The notes beneath the pieces are model-generated. The model had not been told where the DNA came from and made no database searches. It worked only from the letters and a program-made list of their open reading frames with translations. Shown piece after piece: positions 40,158-51,058 of a stretch of DNA of 64,000 bases. The translations under genes were made by a program, and so were the position numbers. The DNA is from an uncultured delta proteobacterium. GTDB lineage: Bacteria; Desulfobacterota; Binatia; Binatales; Binataceae. Each line of letters opens with the position of its first letter. Position 1 is the stretch's first letter. The stretch lies in contig CAWCDG010000002.1 in assembly GCA_963794325.1 (NCBI GenBank), positions 256,001 to 320,000 on the forward strand, given 5' to 3'.

Positions 40158-41390
40158 ATGCTGAGTCCGGCCAATCGATGGTTCCCGCAGAGCGCCACGC
40201 GCGACGCACGCCTGCTGCTCTCGACGCGCGCGCTCCGCGGCCTTGCCGATGGAGCGGTCAGCGTGTTGCTGCCGGGCTACCTCACGGCGATCGGATTCAG
40301 TCCGCTGCGGGTCGGCGCAATCGTGTTCGGAACGCTGCTGGGATCGGCGGCGCTGACGCTATGGGTCGGGCTGGCCACCGATCGATTAGGACGGCGTCGA
40401 GTCCTGCTCGCGGCGTGCGTGCTGATGCTGCTGACTGGAATAGGATTCGCCATCACCGCGAGCTTCTGGCCGCTGTTCCTCGTCGCCGTAGTCGGCACGC
40501 TTAATCCCTCGGCCGGCGACGTCAGTCTGTTCCTGCCAGTCGAGCAGGCGGCATTGGCCGAAGCCGCCGATCCGCGCGATCTGACCGCGATGTTCGCGTT
40601 GTACAACGTCGCGGGCGCGATGGCTGGTGCATTCGGCGCACTCGCCAGCGGCATCCCCGCCATACTCGCCTCGCGCCACGGATGGGCCCTTGCGCCGGCG
40701 TTGCGCTCGGGCTTCGTCGCGTATTCGATCCTGGCGGTGATCGCTTTTTCGTTTTATCGGCGCCTCTCGCCCGACGTCGAAGTCGAGCGCCAGCCCATCA
40801 GGCGAGCGCCACTGGAAAAGTCGCGCGCAATCGTTATCCGGCTATCGGCGCTGTTCAGTATCGACGCGCTGGGCGGCGGATTCGTGATTCAGTCGCTGCT
40901 GGCGTTATGGCTATTCCGCCGCTTCAACCTTTCGATGGAGGTAGCTGGTGCATTTTTCTTTGCGGCAGGATTGCTCGGATCATTTTCACAATTCGTTTCG
41001 GCGGCGCTCGCGGCGCGGTTCGGCCGCATCAACACGATGGTGTTCAGCCATCTGCCGTCGAACGCGATGCTGATACTAGCGGCGCTGATGCCGACACCGG
41101 CGCTGGCAATGGGATTTTTGCTGCTTCGCTCTTCGACCTCGCAGATGGACGTTCCCGCACGCCAGTCGTACGTGATGGCGGTGGTGCCGCCCGAGGAGCG
41201 CGCCGCCGCAGCTACGGTGACGAATGTGCCGCGCAGCCTGGCGTCAGCACTTGCCCCGTTGCCGGCAGGCGCGATGCTGAATGCATCGAAATTTGGATGG
41301 CCGCTGATATGCGCGGGCGTTCTGAAAACAATCTACGACATCCTGCTGCTAATCCAGTTCCGCGCAGTAAAACCCACCGACGAATCTTGA
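40158..41390 (+). CDS. MFS transporter
   Basis: About 12 TM segments; DRLGRRR and SQMDVPARQSY motifs. Confidence 0.88.
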   Translation: MLSPANRWFPQSATRDARLLLSTRALRGLADGAVSVLLPGYLTAIGFSPLRVGAIVFGTLLGSAALTLWVGLATDRLGRRRVLLAACVLMLLTGIGFAITASFWPLFLVAVVGTLNPSAGDVSLFLPVEQAALAEAADPRDLTAMFALYNVAGAMAGAFGALASGIPAILASRHGWALAPALRSGFVAYSILAVIAFSFYRRLSPDVEVERQPIRRAPLEKSRAIVIRLSALFSIDALGGGFVIQSLLALWLFRRFNLSMEVAGAFFFAAGLLGSFSQFVSAALAARFGRINTMVFSHLPSNAMLILAALMPTPALAMGFLLLRSSTSQMDVPARQSYVMAVVPPEERAAAATVTNVPRSLASALAPLPAGAMLNASKFGWPLICAGVLKTIYDILLLIQFRAVKPTDES

Positions 41391-41413
41391 TTCACGTTCG
41401 CTCCCAGTTCTGG

Positions 41414-41548
41414 TTCCCTCGCCCCTCGTGGGGAGAGGGTGAGGGACAACTGTGCGGCGCGATTGTCTGTTGCGCCGCACATTCTGAACGTTCAACTCGA
41501 TGCGAGGAACCTAACCCCTAACCCCTTCCCACGTGGGAAGGGGAACCG
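41414..41548. repeat. BoxC-like palindromic repeat, inverted copy of 29139-29295
   Basis: ccctcgcccctcgtggggagaggg...tgtgcggcgcgattgtctgttgcgccgcaca. Confidence 0.7.
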
Positions 41549-41606
41549 GATAAAAGCAGGACGCACGTCGGCCTCTGCTCACGAACGGGAGAGGCAATTG
41601 AAGAGG

Positions 41607-42473
41607 CTACGCGCGAAGCATCACGATGCCGTCGCGAACCGCGAGGCGGCCTTCGCCGCTCAGCGTCTCGAAGAATACGGCAGCGCCTTCGCGCGCCAGG
41701 ACGCGGACTGTGAGCACCGAAGGCATCGTCACCATTGCGCCGAAACGCGCCGTCACTCTTTCTACTCGCGCAGGATCCTTTCCCAGTTCGCTCTCGACAA
41801 TTCGCGACACCGCTAGCGCGAGCGTTGCAGTCCCGTGCAGGATGATCTCAGGCAGCCCCGCCGCTCGCGCCACCGCGGCGTCGGTGTGTATCGGATTAAA
41901 AATTCGCGCGCACTCCGTGTAGATGTGCGCCATCCCGGCGGGCACATCGACCTGGCATTCAGAAAGCGGCTCGCCTTCCTCGACGATCGGTTCCGATGGC
42001 GAGGGCGCAATCTTCGCCGCAGCATCCGGACCCTTCACTTCGACGCCGCGATAGATGGCGCCGTACCAACTCGTGCATACCGGCCTGCCGGCCTCATCGA
42101 CAGTGTCCAGCCGCGTGACCATGTAGGCGCCCGGCTTGCGCCGCTCGACGCCTGCGACGGTGAGCTGCGTAGTCAGCCGCTCGGGCGGCCGAATCGGACG
42201 ATATATTACGGTGTCGTGCGTCGCATGCACACCGCGCATCGCCTCATCGCGCGTAAGCGATGTGGTTTCCTCGAACTGCGCACGCATCGCGACCTGCACT
42301 GGCCATTCGAAGCAGACCGGGAACATCGGATGCGCGATCACGCCGCGAACCGTGTTCATGTAACAGGGGAATGCGTCGCCAAGCGCGGCGGCATAGGCCA
42401 TCGTCCAGCGCGAATCGATCTCGCTGACCATTGGCGCGCCGGCGCTCCCGACGATCGATGACTCCAGCGGCAT
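41607..42473 (-). CDS. Double hot-dog MaoC-like dehydratase
   Basis: AHPMFPV..GVHA; NPIHTD..A..AGLPEIILHGTAT. Confidence 0.85.
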   Translation of the reverse strand: MPLESSIVGSAGAPMVSEIDSRWTMAYAAALGDAFPCYMNTVRGVIAHPMFPVCFEWPVQVAMRAQFEETTSLTRDEAMRGVHATHDTVIYRPIRPPERLTTQLTVAGVERRKPGAYMVTRLDTVDEAGRPVCTSWYGAIYRGVEVKGPDAAAKIAPSPSEPIVEEGEPLSECQVDVPAGMAHIYTECARIFNPIHTDAAVARAAGLPEIILHGTATLALAVSRIVESELGKDPARVERVTARFGAMVTMPSVLTVRVLAREGAAVFFETLSGEGRLAVRDGIVMLRA

Positions 42474-42535
42474 AGCAGCTACATCTACCCGCGACGAATC
42501 GCCGCGTCCACCGCGCCGAGGATCATGGAGCATCT

Positions 42536-42564
42536 TTGACATCTGATGATTGATGCGTGATGAT
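42536..42564 (+). promoter_or_regulatory. Probable leaderless sigma70 promoter with CATC/GATG operator repeats
   Basis: TTGACA-N17-GATGAT ending 5 nt before the antitoxin ATG. Confidence 0.45.
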
Positions 42565-42569
42565 GGGCC

Positions 42570-42797
42570 ATGCGCACCACGTTGGACATAGATGAGGACG
42601 TTCTCGAATGCGCCAAGGAGCTCGCGGCAAGGCGGCGCACTACCGCGGGACGTGTTCTATCCGAGCTCGCGCGTAGCGCGCTGGCGCCTCGGGATCACTC
42701 CGCGCGCAAACGCAACGGGGTGCCGCTCCTGCCCAAGCAGCGAGGGACGCGGTTGGTCACACCGGAAATTGTAAATCGGCTCCGTGATGAGTCTTAG
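42570..42797 (+). CDS. vapB: RHH VapB antitoxin
   Basis: MRTTLDIDEDVL..GRVLSELAR..RNGVPLLP..VTPEIVNRLRD. Confidence 0.85.
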   Translation: MRTTLDIDEDVLECAKELAARRRTTAGRVLSELARSALAPRDHSARKRNGVPLLPKQRGTRLVTPEIVNRLRDES

Positions 42798-42811
42798 CAG
42801 CCATACTGCGG

Positions 42812-43249
42812 ATGATCGCTCTGCTTGACGTAAACGTCCTGGTGGCGCTGTTTGATCCCGTCCACTTGCACCACGAGGCGGCTCACCTGTGGTTCGGTCG
42901 CAATCGCAGCCACCGATGGGCGACTTGTCCGCTCACGGAAAACGCACTGGTCCGCGTACTGTCCAATGCGTCCTATCCCGGCCGCCGCACAACGGTAGTG
43001 GATGCAGCGGCGCGTTTGCGGGTCTTCTGTTCGGATCGTCTGCATGTCTTCTGGTCCGATTCGGTCAGCATTCGCGACAACGAGCGGTTCCGATGGAATC
43101 ACGTTCAAGGCTATCGCCAGCTAACTGACATTTACCTGCTAGCCCTCTCGGTATCGAACCAAGGCCGGCTGGCCACGTTCGATTCGACGATATCTCTTCG
43201 AGCGGTCCAGGGCGCGGCGCCGGATAATCTCGAACTCCTCGCAGCTTGA
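42812..43249 (+). CDS. vapC: PIN-domain VapC toxin
   Basis: LLDVNVLVAL, WATCPLTEN, QLTDIYLLAL and LATFD motifs. Confidence 0.9.
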   Translation: MIALLDVNVLVALFDPVHLHHEAAHLWFGRNRSHRWATCPLTENALVRVLSNASYPGRRTTVVDAAARLRVFCSDRLHVFWSDSVSIRDNERFRWNHVQGYRQLTDIYLLALSVSNQGRLATFDSTISLRAVQGAAPDNLELLAA

Positions 43250-43285
43250 CGTCTGCTTTGTCTGAGAGAGACCCGTAGCTGAGGG

Positions 43286-45676
43286 CTACGAAGTGGCCAT
43301 GTGGCTGAGCCTGCTGCGTACCATGGCATCGAGCTTTTCTGCGAGCACGTCCAGCTTAACGGGTTTGCTCAAGTAGTCGTCCATGCCGGCGTTCAGGCAT
43401 TTTCCGCGATCGTCTTCCGTGGCGTGCGCCGTCAAAGCAATTACCGCAGTATGCTGGGCGGTTCCTTCGCGCCGTCTAATCTCGGCGACCGCCTGGTATC
43501 CGTCCATCTCGGGCATCTCGCAATCCATCAGGACAATATCGCAGCCACCGCTCGATACGACTTCCAACCCGCGCTGCGCGCTCTCGGCGATTTCCGCGGT
43601 ATAACCGAGTGCAGAAAGCTGCTTCGCCCCAATGGTTCGATTCACCTGATTGTCGTCAACCAACAGCACCCGCACTGCCTTGCGCCACTCCGGGATTTTA
43701 TTGCCAGTGGGGACGACCGGTGCAGTAGCGATTTTCTCGGCACGAAGGCGATCGGTATTTCCATTCAAGTCCAGCAGACAACTGAACAGATGCGACGGAC
43801 GCACCGGCTTGGTAATCCATGCATCCACGGGTGCGCCCGCACTCCGCGGCCCGTCCTCCGCGCTGAACATGATCACCTTCCTCGGTCTGACATTTGGATG
43901 ATCCTTGATCGCGCGCGCGAGTCTGAGCGCGCCCATGTCAGGGGTCTGCTCGTCGATAAGCACCACGAGTTGCTTCTCGTCGCCGGCCGCCTCCCGCTGC
44001 AACATCTCCAGCGCTTCGGCCCCGCTGCTGACGGCCTCGTTCTCAATTCCCCACGGCGTGAGGTATTCGGAGATAACCCGGCGACTGGCAGGGCTGTCGT
44101 TGACGACGATCGCCCGCATTCCGTCGAAGCACGGGACCTCCGTCGCAGCCATCCATGGACGAACAATCTCCGATCCCTTCTCGAAACGCGCGGTGAAATG
44201 AAAGTTCGAGCCTTTTCCGGACTCACTCTCAAATCCGATTTCGCCGCCCATTTGTTCGGTCAATTTCGCCGCGATTACGAGGCCGAGTCCGGTGCCGCCG
44301 AAGCGCCGGCTGGTCGATCCTTCCGCCTGGACAAACGGTTGAAACAGCCGTCCCTGCGCCGCCAATGGAATTCCAATCCCCGTGTCCACGACCTCGAACC
44401 GCACCAGCACGTCGCCTGCGGTTTCTTCCGCCCTGGTGGCTCGAACTGTTACCTCGCCGCGCTCGGTGAACTTGATCGCGTTCGCTACCAGGTTGTTCAG
44501 AATCTGGCGCAGCCTGCTCTGATCTCCGCGCAGGCCGGTCGGCATATGTATGTCCGCGTGCAGCGCGAGCTCGATCCCTTTGGCGCGAGCGGTCGAGGCA
44601 AAGGAATCGACTAAAGTTTCGGTCAGCTCGACGAGGTCGAAGTCGAGCTTCTCCAGCACGAACTTGCCGGCGGCGAGTTTGGAGAAGTCGAGGATGTCGT
44701 TGACCACGGTCAGCAACAGCTCGCCGCTCGATCGAATGATCTCAGTCAGGCGGCGCTGCTCGGGCGTCAAATCGGAACGCGTCAGCAGCTCGCCCGTTCC
44801 GATGATTCCAGTGAGCGGGGTGCGAATCTCATGGCTCATACTGGCCAGGAAATCCGAGCGCAGACGCGCTGTTTCGAGAGCAAGATCGCGCACGGAATCG
44901 CGCGCACGATTGGCCTCTTCCTCGGCGAGCTTGCGGCTGGTCACGTCCACCAGCACCCCTTCCCAGTGTCCGACTTTGCCTGCCGCGTCATAAACCGCGC
45001 GCGCACTCTGCTCGCACCAGATAATGCTGCCGTCGCGCCGGCGCATCTCCATCTCGAAATTCTTGACGACGCCCTCTTTTTCGATGACCGCCTCGAACCG
45101 GGCACGCTCCTGCGGTCGCAACCATAGCTCTGCGACGTCCGCCTTTTTGAGACTGTCGCCATCCTGGAATCCCAGCATATCGATCAGGGCCGGATTGAAC
45201 TCGAGAATGTCTCCAGCCGGCGAAATTCTGAACAGTCCCACCGGCACGCGATCGACCAGGCTGCGATAGCGCGCCTCTGCGCGGTTGCGCTCGACTCGCA
45301 CTTCGGAGTCGCGCAGCTCGCGCTCGACTGCGAGCGGCAGCCGCGCCAGGTTGCTCTTCAATACGTAGTCATCTGCGCCGCGCTTCATCGCTTCCACGGC
45401 TACATCCTCGCCCACCGTTCCCGAGACCAGGATGAACGGCAGGTCGAGTCCGGTCTCGCGCAGCATCTTCAATGCCGCCAGCCCGTTGAAGCGCGGCATC
45501 GAGTAGTCGGCGATAACCAGGTCCCAGTTTCCCTCCCCGAGCGCCGATTGCATTGCTTCCGGCGTGTCGACCCGCTCGTAGCTGAGGTCGCAACCGCCTT
45601 GCCGCAGCGCCCGCACCGCTAGCTCGGCGTCGTCCAGCGAATCATCTACGATCAGGATGCGCCGCGTGTCGTTCAA
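43286..45676 (-). CDS. Hybrid histidine kinase (REC-PAS-HisKA-HATPase-REC-REC)
   Basis: DYSMP, SHEIRTPL, NAIKFT, DTGIG, GGTGLGL and MDCEMPEMDG motifs. Confidence 0.93.
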   Translation of the reverse strand: MNDTRRILIVDDSLDDAELAVRALRQGGCDLSYERVDTPEAMQSALGEGNWDLVIADYSMPRFNGLAALKMLRETGLDLPFILVSGTVGEDVAVEAMKRGADDYVLKSNLARLPLAVERELRDSEVRVERNRAEARYRSLVDRVPVGLFRISPAGDILEFNPALIDMLGFQDGDSLKKADVAELWLRPQERARFEAVIEKEGVVKNFEMEMRRRDGSIIWCEQSARAVYDAAGKVGHWEGVLVDVTSRKLAEEEANRARDSVRDLALETARLRSDFLASMSHEIRTPLTGIIGTGELLTRSDLTPEQRRLTEIIRSSGELLLTVVNDILDFSKLAAGKFVLEKLDFDLVELTETLVDSFASTARAKGIELALHADIHMPTGLRGDQSRLRQILNNLVANAIKFTERGEVTVRATRAEETAGDVLVRFEVVDTGIGIPLAAQGRLFQPFVQAEGSTSRRFGGTGLGLVIAAKLTEQMGGEIGFESESGKGSNFHFTARFEKGSEIVRPWMAATEVPCFDGMRAIVVNDSPASRRVISEYLTPWGIENEAVSSGAEALEMLQREAAGDEKQLVVLIDEQTPDMGALRLARAIKDHPNVRPRKVIMFSAEDGPRSAGAPVDAWITKPVRPSHLFSCLLDLNGNTDRLRAEKIATAPVVPTGNKIPEWRKAVRVLLVDDNQVNRTIGAKQLSALGYTAEIAESAQRGLEVVSSGGCDIVLMDCEMPEMDGYQAVAEIRRREGTAQHTAVIALTAHATEDDRGKCLNAGMDDYLSKPVKLDVLAEKLDAMVRSRLSHMATS

Positions 45677-46128
45677 TTGCCGTTCCCCAAGCCGTATTCA
45701 GGCCTTTCGTTAAGGACCAGCCAGTACAGGCCGAGCTGCAGGACCGCATCGACGAACTGCTGAAAGTCGACCGGCTTACGGACGTAGCTGTTGGCGCCAA
45801 AGCCATAGCCGTTCACGATGTCCTGCTGCTCTTTGGAGGAGGTCAGGATAACCACCGCGAGCAGCTTCGTCCGCGCATCCGCACGGAGCCTCTTCAAGAC
45901 CTCGAAACCGTCCAGCTTGGGAAGCTTCAAATCCAGCAGGATTAGTTCCGGCTGTTCGCTAGTGTCGCGATTCGCATACGTTCCCGTGCCGAACAGGTAG
46001 TCGAGCGCCTCGACCCCGTCGCGCGCGACCACGATCATATTGGTGATTTTGTTCTTCCTGAGCGCGCGCATCGTCAGCGCTTCGTCGTCAGCGTTATCTT
46101 CCACCAGCAGGATTACCCGCTCTTTCAT
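45673..46128 (-). CDS. Single-domain response regulator (Rcp1-like)
   Basis: [13 protein letters not shown] and [14 protein letters not shown] motifs. Confidence 0.92.
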   Translation of the reverse strand: MKERVILLVEDNADDEALTMRALRKNKITNMIVVARDGVEALDYLFGTGTYANRDTSEQPELILLDLKLPKLDGFEVLKRLRADARTKLLAVVILTSSKEQQDIVNGYGFGANSYVRKPVDFQQFVDAVLQLGLYWLVLNERPEYGLGNGN

Positions 46129-47695
46129 CGTTGCCCCCTTGCTTGCCTTCGAGCGTAAATGAAAATGTCGCGCCCTTGCCTTCCGCGCCTTCAGCCGAGA
46201 CTCGGCCGCCGTGGCGCCTGATGATCCGTTGAACCGTCGCCAGTCCGACTCCGGTGCCGGGGAATTCCGATGCGGTATGAAGCCGCTGGAAGGCGCCGAA
46301 CAGCTTCTTGGAATAAGTCATGTCGAAGCCGGCGCCATTGTCGCGGACAAAATAGACCGACTCGCCACCTTGATCGGTCGCCGCGAATTCGATCATTGCC
46401 CGCGGCGTCTTGCTGGTGAACTTCCAGGCGTTGCCGAGCAGATTTTCGAGCAGCGAGCGAAGTAGAAGCGGATCCCCATGGCGGGCGACCAAATGTTCCT
46501 GGACTACACACTCGACCTGGCGACTCGGATCGGCCCTTCGGCAGTCGGCAAGGATAGCATTCGCCAACGCGGTCAGATCGACCGCTTCGGCGCGCATCTC
46601 GCTGCGCGTCACGAAAGCCAGCTTGATCAGATCGTCGATCAGTTGGGCCATGCGCTGAGTGGCCGCCCGGATTCGATTGAGATGTCCGATACCCTCCTGA
46701 TCGAGCTGGTCGGCATAGTCCTCGATCAGCGCCGAGCTGAAGCCGTCGATACTGCGCAACGGCGCGCGAAGGTCGTGCGATACCGAATACGAGAACGCCT
46801 CCAGTTCCTTATTGACGACTTCGAGCTGCGAGGCATGTCGCCGCTCGGATTCGCCGAGCGTCCGCACTGCTGCCTCGGCCTCCTTGCGCTCGGTGATGTC
46901 GCGCGAAACCTTGCTGAAGCCGCGCAGCTCGCCCTTCGAGTCGTGCATTGTGGTGACGATCACGTCGGCCCAAAAGCGGGAACCGTCCTTGCGCACCCGC
47001 CATCCTTCGTTCTCGAAGCGACCGTTAAGCAGCGCCATCTCCAGCTCGTGCGCGGGCTCGCCGGCCTCGACGTCCGCGGCCGCGTAAAAGCGACTGATGT
47101 GGTGGCCAATAATCTCCTCGGCGGTGTAGCCATTGATTCGCTGCGCACCTTCGTTCCAGCTGACGACCCGGCCCTGCGGATCGAGCATCAGGATCGCGTA
47201 GTCTTTGACCCCCTGGACCAGCAGCCGAAAGCGTTCCTCGGTCTGCGACATTTTCTCTTCGATCAGCTTGCGATCGGTGATGTCGCGGATGGCGCCGAAG
47301 ACGAGCGGGCCCTCCCCGGTCTCGAGCGGGCTCAGGCTGATCTCGATTGGAAATTCGGTGCCGTCTTTACGCAGGCCGTAGAGCTCCAGGCCGGAGCCCA
47401 TCGCACGCACCTTCGGATTGGCGAAATAACCGTCGCGATGCTGCGGATGCTTATTGCGGAAGCGCGAGGGTATCAGCATCTCGACCGTGTTGCCGAGCAA
47501 CTCGGCGCGCGCGTAGCCGAAGAGCTTTTCGGTCTGCGCATTGACCAGCGAGATGCGACCGTCCTTGCCTACGATCACCATCGCGTCAGGCGCCGACTCG
47601 AGCAGCGCGCGAAACTTGTCATCCGTGCGCTGACGCTCAGTGACTCGACGAGGCAACTCCGCGTGGCCTGGTTTCGGGTGGAGGTCTTCGCTCAC
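46094..47695 (-). CDS. PAS-PAS sensor histidine kinase
   Basis: Two PAS/PAC domains; [24 protein letters not shown] and GTGVGLA. Confidence 0.92.
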   Translation of the reverse strand: MSEDLHPKPGHAELPRRVTERQRTDDKFRALLESAPDAMVIVGKDGRISLVNAQTEKLFGYARAELLGNTVEMLIPSRFRNKHPQHRDGYFANPKVRAMGSGLELYGLRKDGTEFPIEISLSPLETGEGPLVFGAIRDITDRKLIEEKMSQTEERFRLLVQGVKDYAILMLDPQGRVVSWNEGAQRINGYTAEEIIGHHISRFYAAADVEAGEPAHELEMALLNGRFENEGWRVRKDGSRFWADVIVTTMHDSKGELRGFSKVSRDITERKEAEAAVRTLGESERRHASQLEVVNKELEAFSYSVSHDLRAPLRSIDGFSSALIEDYADQLDQEGIGHLNRIRAATQRMAQLIDDLIKLAFVTRSEMRAEAVDLTALANAILADCRRADPSRQVECVVQEHLVARHGDPLLLRSLLENLLGNAWKFTSKTPRAMIEFAATDQGGESVYFVRDNGAGFDMTYSKKLFGAFQRLHTASEFPGTGVGLATVQRIIRRHGGRVSAEGAEGKGATFSFTLEGKQGGNDERAGNPAGGR

Positions 47696-47959
47696 TGATT
47701 GTTGTCCTCTCTTCTGTGGGTAAGGGACGGCTCATTCCAAGAGTCCAAGATTCATGCCGCGCGACGCGAATCGCTGGGCGCGCCGCAAGCCAACGGAAGA
47801 GAGGTCTGATGACATTCAGATGCCAGCGGCGGCATAAAAATGCCGCGACAAAACTGAGAGTCAGCCGCCAGACATGCCTGACGTTTGCGCGCAGCCCGTA
47901 CCCGAGGCGCCAAATTGCTCCGGGCAGGCTGGGAGAGAACTGACCAGCGAGGCCGCTGT

Positions 47960-48406
47960 CTAAAGGAAGCTGCCGAGCGTTCCCTGGCCTTCAAGCTGGA
48001 CTTGCTGGGGACTGTTCGGCGCCGAGTCGTTAAACGTCAGGCCATCGGGGGCGTTGACCTTGCCGCTGACCATTGGATGGAACACGACCTCGACTTTGCA
48101 CGACCTGCTGGGCGGCAGCGGCGCCCCGGAGCATTTGTCGCTTTGTATCGAGAAGGTCTCCGCAGCGACGATACTGGTAAAAGTGATAGCCGAGCTGGAT
48201 TTGTTCGTGACAGTTACAATCAGCGGCGTACTATCCTTGGTGGCAGTGACCTGGCCGAAGTTATGCGTCGCCGGATTGAGCTTCAGCACGGCACCCGAGT
48301 CCGCGCCAACGACTGAGCGACCGGCGACGATCGTGGTCGCCAGTATCAACGCAGTCACCAGTATCGATCCGGAAAATGCGGTCCGAGTCGGTCTCGATAA
48401 AAACAT
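47960..48406 (-). CDS. Secreted Ig-like (choice-of-anchor D/ASH-type) protein
   Basis: Signal peptide; P..HNFG.V, TVTN, C...L....SC.V.V.F.P and SPQ.VQL.G motifs. Confidence 0.7.
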   Translation of the reverse strand: MFLSRPTRTAFSGSILVTALILATTIVAGRSVVGADSGAVLKLNPATHNFGQVTATKDSTPLIVTVTNKSSSAITFTSIVAAETFSIQSDKCSGAPLPPSRSCKVEVVFHPMVSGKVNAPDGLTFNDSAPNSPQQVQLEGQGTLGSFL

Positions 48407-48527
48407 AGCGTCCCCCCCGAGACGCCCCTGGTAGAGAGCGCCTGTACGACGATAGTACTAAAACAGTACAATATGTACTGAAGGAGAATCGACCACGCAA
48501 GAGCCGGACCTACTTGTGCAGCCTCTG

Positions 48528-50165
48528 CTAGCCTTTGCGGCGGGCGCGATATCTCCGAATCAGCGCATTCGTCGAGCTGTCGTGCTTTAGGTCGGGTTCC
48601 TTCGCCGATTCCAGCTCCGGGATTATTTTTTGCGCCAGCATCTTGCCTAGCTCCACTCCCCATTGATCGAAAGAATCTATGTTCCAGATTGTGCCTTGGG
48701 TGAAGACGCTATGCTCGTAGAGAGCTACCAGTTTGCCTAAGGTCTCGGGAGTCAGCTCGTCGGCCAGGATTACTGTCGATGGCCTATTGCCTTCGAATAC
48801 TCGATGAGGCACTAGCCAGTCTGGAGTACCTTCGGCCTTTACCTGCTCGGGAGTTTTACCGAAGGCCAGCGCTTCTGCTTGTGCGAATATGTTGGAGAGC
48901 AACAGGTCATGATGCCGTCCTAGTGGATTAAGGGCGCGGCAGAATCCTATGAAGTCGCATGGGATAAGTTTCGTGCCTTGGTGGATTAGCTGGTAGAACG
49001 AATGCTGGCCGTTGGTGCCGGGCTCGCCCCAATAGATAGGTCCGGTCTGGTAATCGACCGGCGCACCTTCCAGAGTTACGTGCTTGCCGTTCGATTCCAT
49101 CGTTAGCTGTTGCAGATAGGCGGGAAAGCGCTTCAGGTATTGCTCATAGGGTAGCACGGCACAGGTTTGTGCGTCGAAGAAGTCGTTGTACCAGACACCT
49201 AGCAGACCCATCAGGACCGGCAGGTTGCGCGCGAACGGCGCGGTGCGGAAATGCTCGTCGATGGCATGGAAGCCTGACAGCATCGCGCGGAAATTGTCGG
49301 CGCCGACCGCGATCATCGTGGACAATCCTATCGCGGAGTCCATCGAATAGCGGCCGCCAACCCAATCCCAGAAGCCGAACATATTCTTCGTATCGATACC
49401 GAACTTCGTCACCTCGGCAGCATTGGTCGAGACGGCGACGAAATGCTTCGCGACCGCCTTCTCGTCGCCGAGCGCCTTGAGACTCCAATCGCGCGCAGTG
49501 TGCGCATTGGTCATCGTCTCGAGCGTGGTGAAAGTCTTCGACGAAATGATGAACAGCGTCTCGGCCGGGTCGAGGTCGCGGGTGGCCTCGGCGAAATCGG
49601 TGCCATCGACGTTCGAGACGAAGCGCACCGTCAGGTTGCGGTCGCTGTAATGACGCAGCGCCTCGTAAGCCATGACCGGGCCGAGGTCGGATCCGCCGAT
49701 ACCTACATTAATGATGTTGCGGATGCGCTTGCCGGTGTGGCCCTTCCACGAGCCGTCGCGGATGCGCGCGGAAAAATCCGCCATCCGATCGAGCACCTCG
49801 TGGACTTTGGGCACCACATCATCGCCGTCGACGCCGATCGAAGTTCCACGCGGCGCGCGCAACGCGATATGCAGCACGGCGCGCTTCTCGGTGACGTTTA
49901 TCTTCTCGCCACGGAACATCGCGTCGATGCGTCCGCGGAGTCCCGCCTCGTCGGCCAGCGCCAGCAGCAGCCGCAGAGTCTCGTCAGTCACGCGATGCTT
50001 GGAGTAGTCGAAGTACAGGCCGGCGGCCTCCACGACGAGGCGCTCGCCGCGCTTGGGATCTTCGGCGAACATCGCGCGCAGGTGGCGGCTGCGAATCTCA
50101 TTGTAATGGGCCTGCAAGGCTTTCCACGCAGGGCGATTGGTTAGCGAAGCTGATGTTGATGGCAC
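48528..50165 (-). CDS. pgi: Glucose-6-phosphate isomerase
   Basis: [33 protein letters not shown] and DQWGVELGK motifs. Confidence 0.97.
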   Translation of the reverse strand: MPSTSASLTNRPAWKALQAHYNEIRSRHLRAMFAEDPKRGERLVVEAAGLYFDYSKHRVTDETLRLLLALADEAGLRGRIDAMFRGEKINVTEKRAVLHIALRAPRGTSIGVDGDDVVPKVHEVLDRMADFSARIRDGSWKGHTGKRIRNIINVGIGGSDLGPVMAYEALRHYSDRNLTVRFVSNVDGTDFAEATRDLDPAETLFIISSKTFTTLETMTNAHTARDWSLKALGDEKAVAKHFVAVSTNAAEVTKFGIDTKNMFGFWDWVGGRYSMDSAIGLSTMIAVGADNFRAMLSGFHAIDEHFRTAPFARNLPVLMGLLGVWYNDFFDAQTCAVLPYEQYLKRFPAYLQQLTMESNGKHVTLEGAPVDYQTGPIYWGEPGTNGQHSFYQLIHQGTKLIPCDFIGFCRALNPLGRHHDLLLSNIFAQAEALAFGKTPEQVKAEGTPDWLVPHRVFEGNRPSTVILADELTPETLGKLVALYEHSVFTQGTIWNIDSFDQWGVELGKMLAQKIIPELESAKEPDLKHDSSTNALIRRYRARRKG

Positions 50166-50178
50166 AGCGGACTCCTTC

Positions 50179-51042
50179 TTAATTCGACGGAATAAATTCC
50201 GTCCTACTTCCGAGAGGAGATGAAAGACTTTGCGGCGCGAGCATCTGGAACATGATTAGCGCTGCGGGCACGAGGTAAAAAATCGAGCCTGGCACCCACA
50301 TGATAGCGCCGGCGACAATCTGGTCGCCAAGGGGAGTGAAGCCCGCGACCTGCGGCGCGCTCGCGTAGTACGGATAGATCAACCGATCGGAAAACATGAA
50401 GAGCGCAGCGAGGATGGTGTTCTGGCCGTCCGCCAGCAGGAGATAAGGAAGCATCGCCCATCGAGGCCATCGCGCGAAGCTCGGCCACGGCTGGACGACC
50501 GGGTACCAGAACATCAGCGCAGTCGTGAAGAAGCATGCGTGCTCGACTACGTGCCATCCGTCGGATCGAAGTGCCAGCTGAAACGTCGCGGGCAGATGCC
50601 ATACCCAGGTCGCTGCGACGAATGCGATCCAGCATACGAGCGGATTGGTCAGCCAATCAAAGATGCGTCGGACCGCCCGCGAGCGCAGCAGCGGGCCGAC
50701 GACGGCTTTCGCGATGCGCGGCGGCAAGCCGCGCACCAGCGGGATCGCCGGCGCGCCATCGAGCAGCAGTGACGGCGCGACCATCATCAAGATGAGATGT
50801 TGGGTCATATGGACCTGCAACAGCAGGTCGTCGAGGGCCTCGAGCGGCGAGGCGATCGCGACGAGTAGCGTCGCGATGCCGGCGAGGAACGCCGCCAGAT
50901 GCCGGCGCGCGAAGCGCGTCGGCATCTGGCGATGCAGGCGCGCGAAGCCGCGCGCGTAGAGCGCGGCGATCGCGAGCAACGCCGCGATCGTGGCGACGGG
51001 CGGCGTCCACGAATCGAGGGCGGTTTGGATCGCGGAATTCAT
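50179..51042 (-). CDS. ctaG: CtaG (caa3-type) cytochrome oxidase assembly protein
   Basis: [22 protein letters not shown] and [13 protein letters not shown] motifs. Confidence 0.88.
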   Translation of the reverse strand: MNSAIQTALDSWTPPVATIAALLAIAALYARGFARLHRQMPTRFARRHLAAFLAGIATLLVAIASPLEALDDLLLQVHMTQHLILMMVAPSLLLDGAPAIPLVRGLPPRIAKAVVGPLLRSRAVRRIFDWLTNPLVCWIAFVAATWVWHLPATFQLALRSDGWHVVEHACFFTTALMFWYPVVQPWPSFARWPRWAMLPYLLLADGQNTILAALFMFSDRLIYPYYASAPQVAGFTPLGDQIVAGAIMWVPGSIFYLVPAALIMFQMLAPQSLSSPLGSRTEFIPSN

Positions 51043-51058
51043 TTCATGAATTCCGCGA

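Noticed and set aside
43301-44614. Long antisense ORFs (also 3334-4284, 24364-25563, 46478-47698, 63131-63994)
   Set aside because: Shadow frames opposite well-supported genes, expected at high GC; no motifs.
47747-47762. Sigma54-like CGGCATGAATCTTGG upstream of the PAS kinase
   Set aside because: The -12 element is GG rather than GC.
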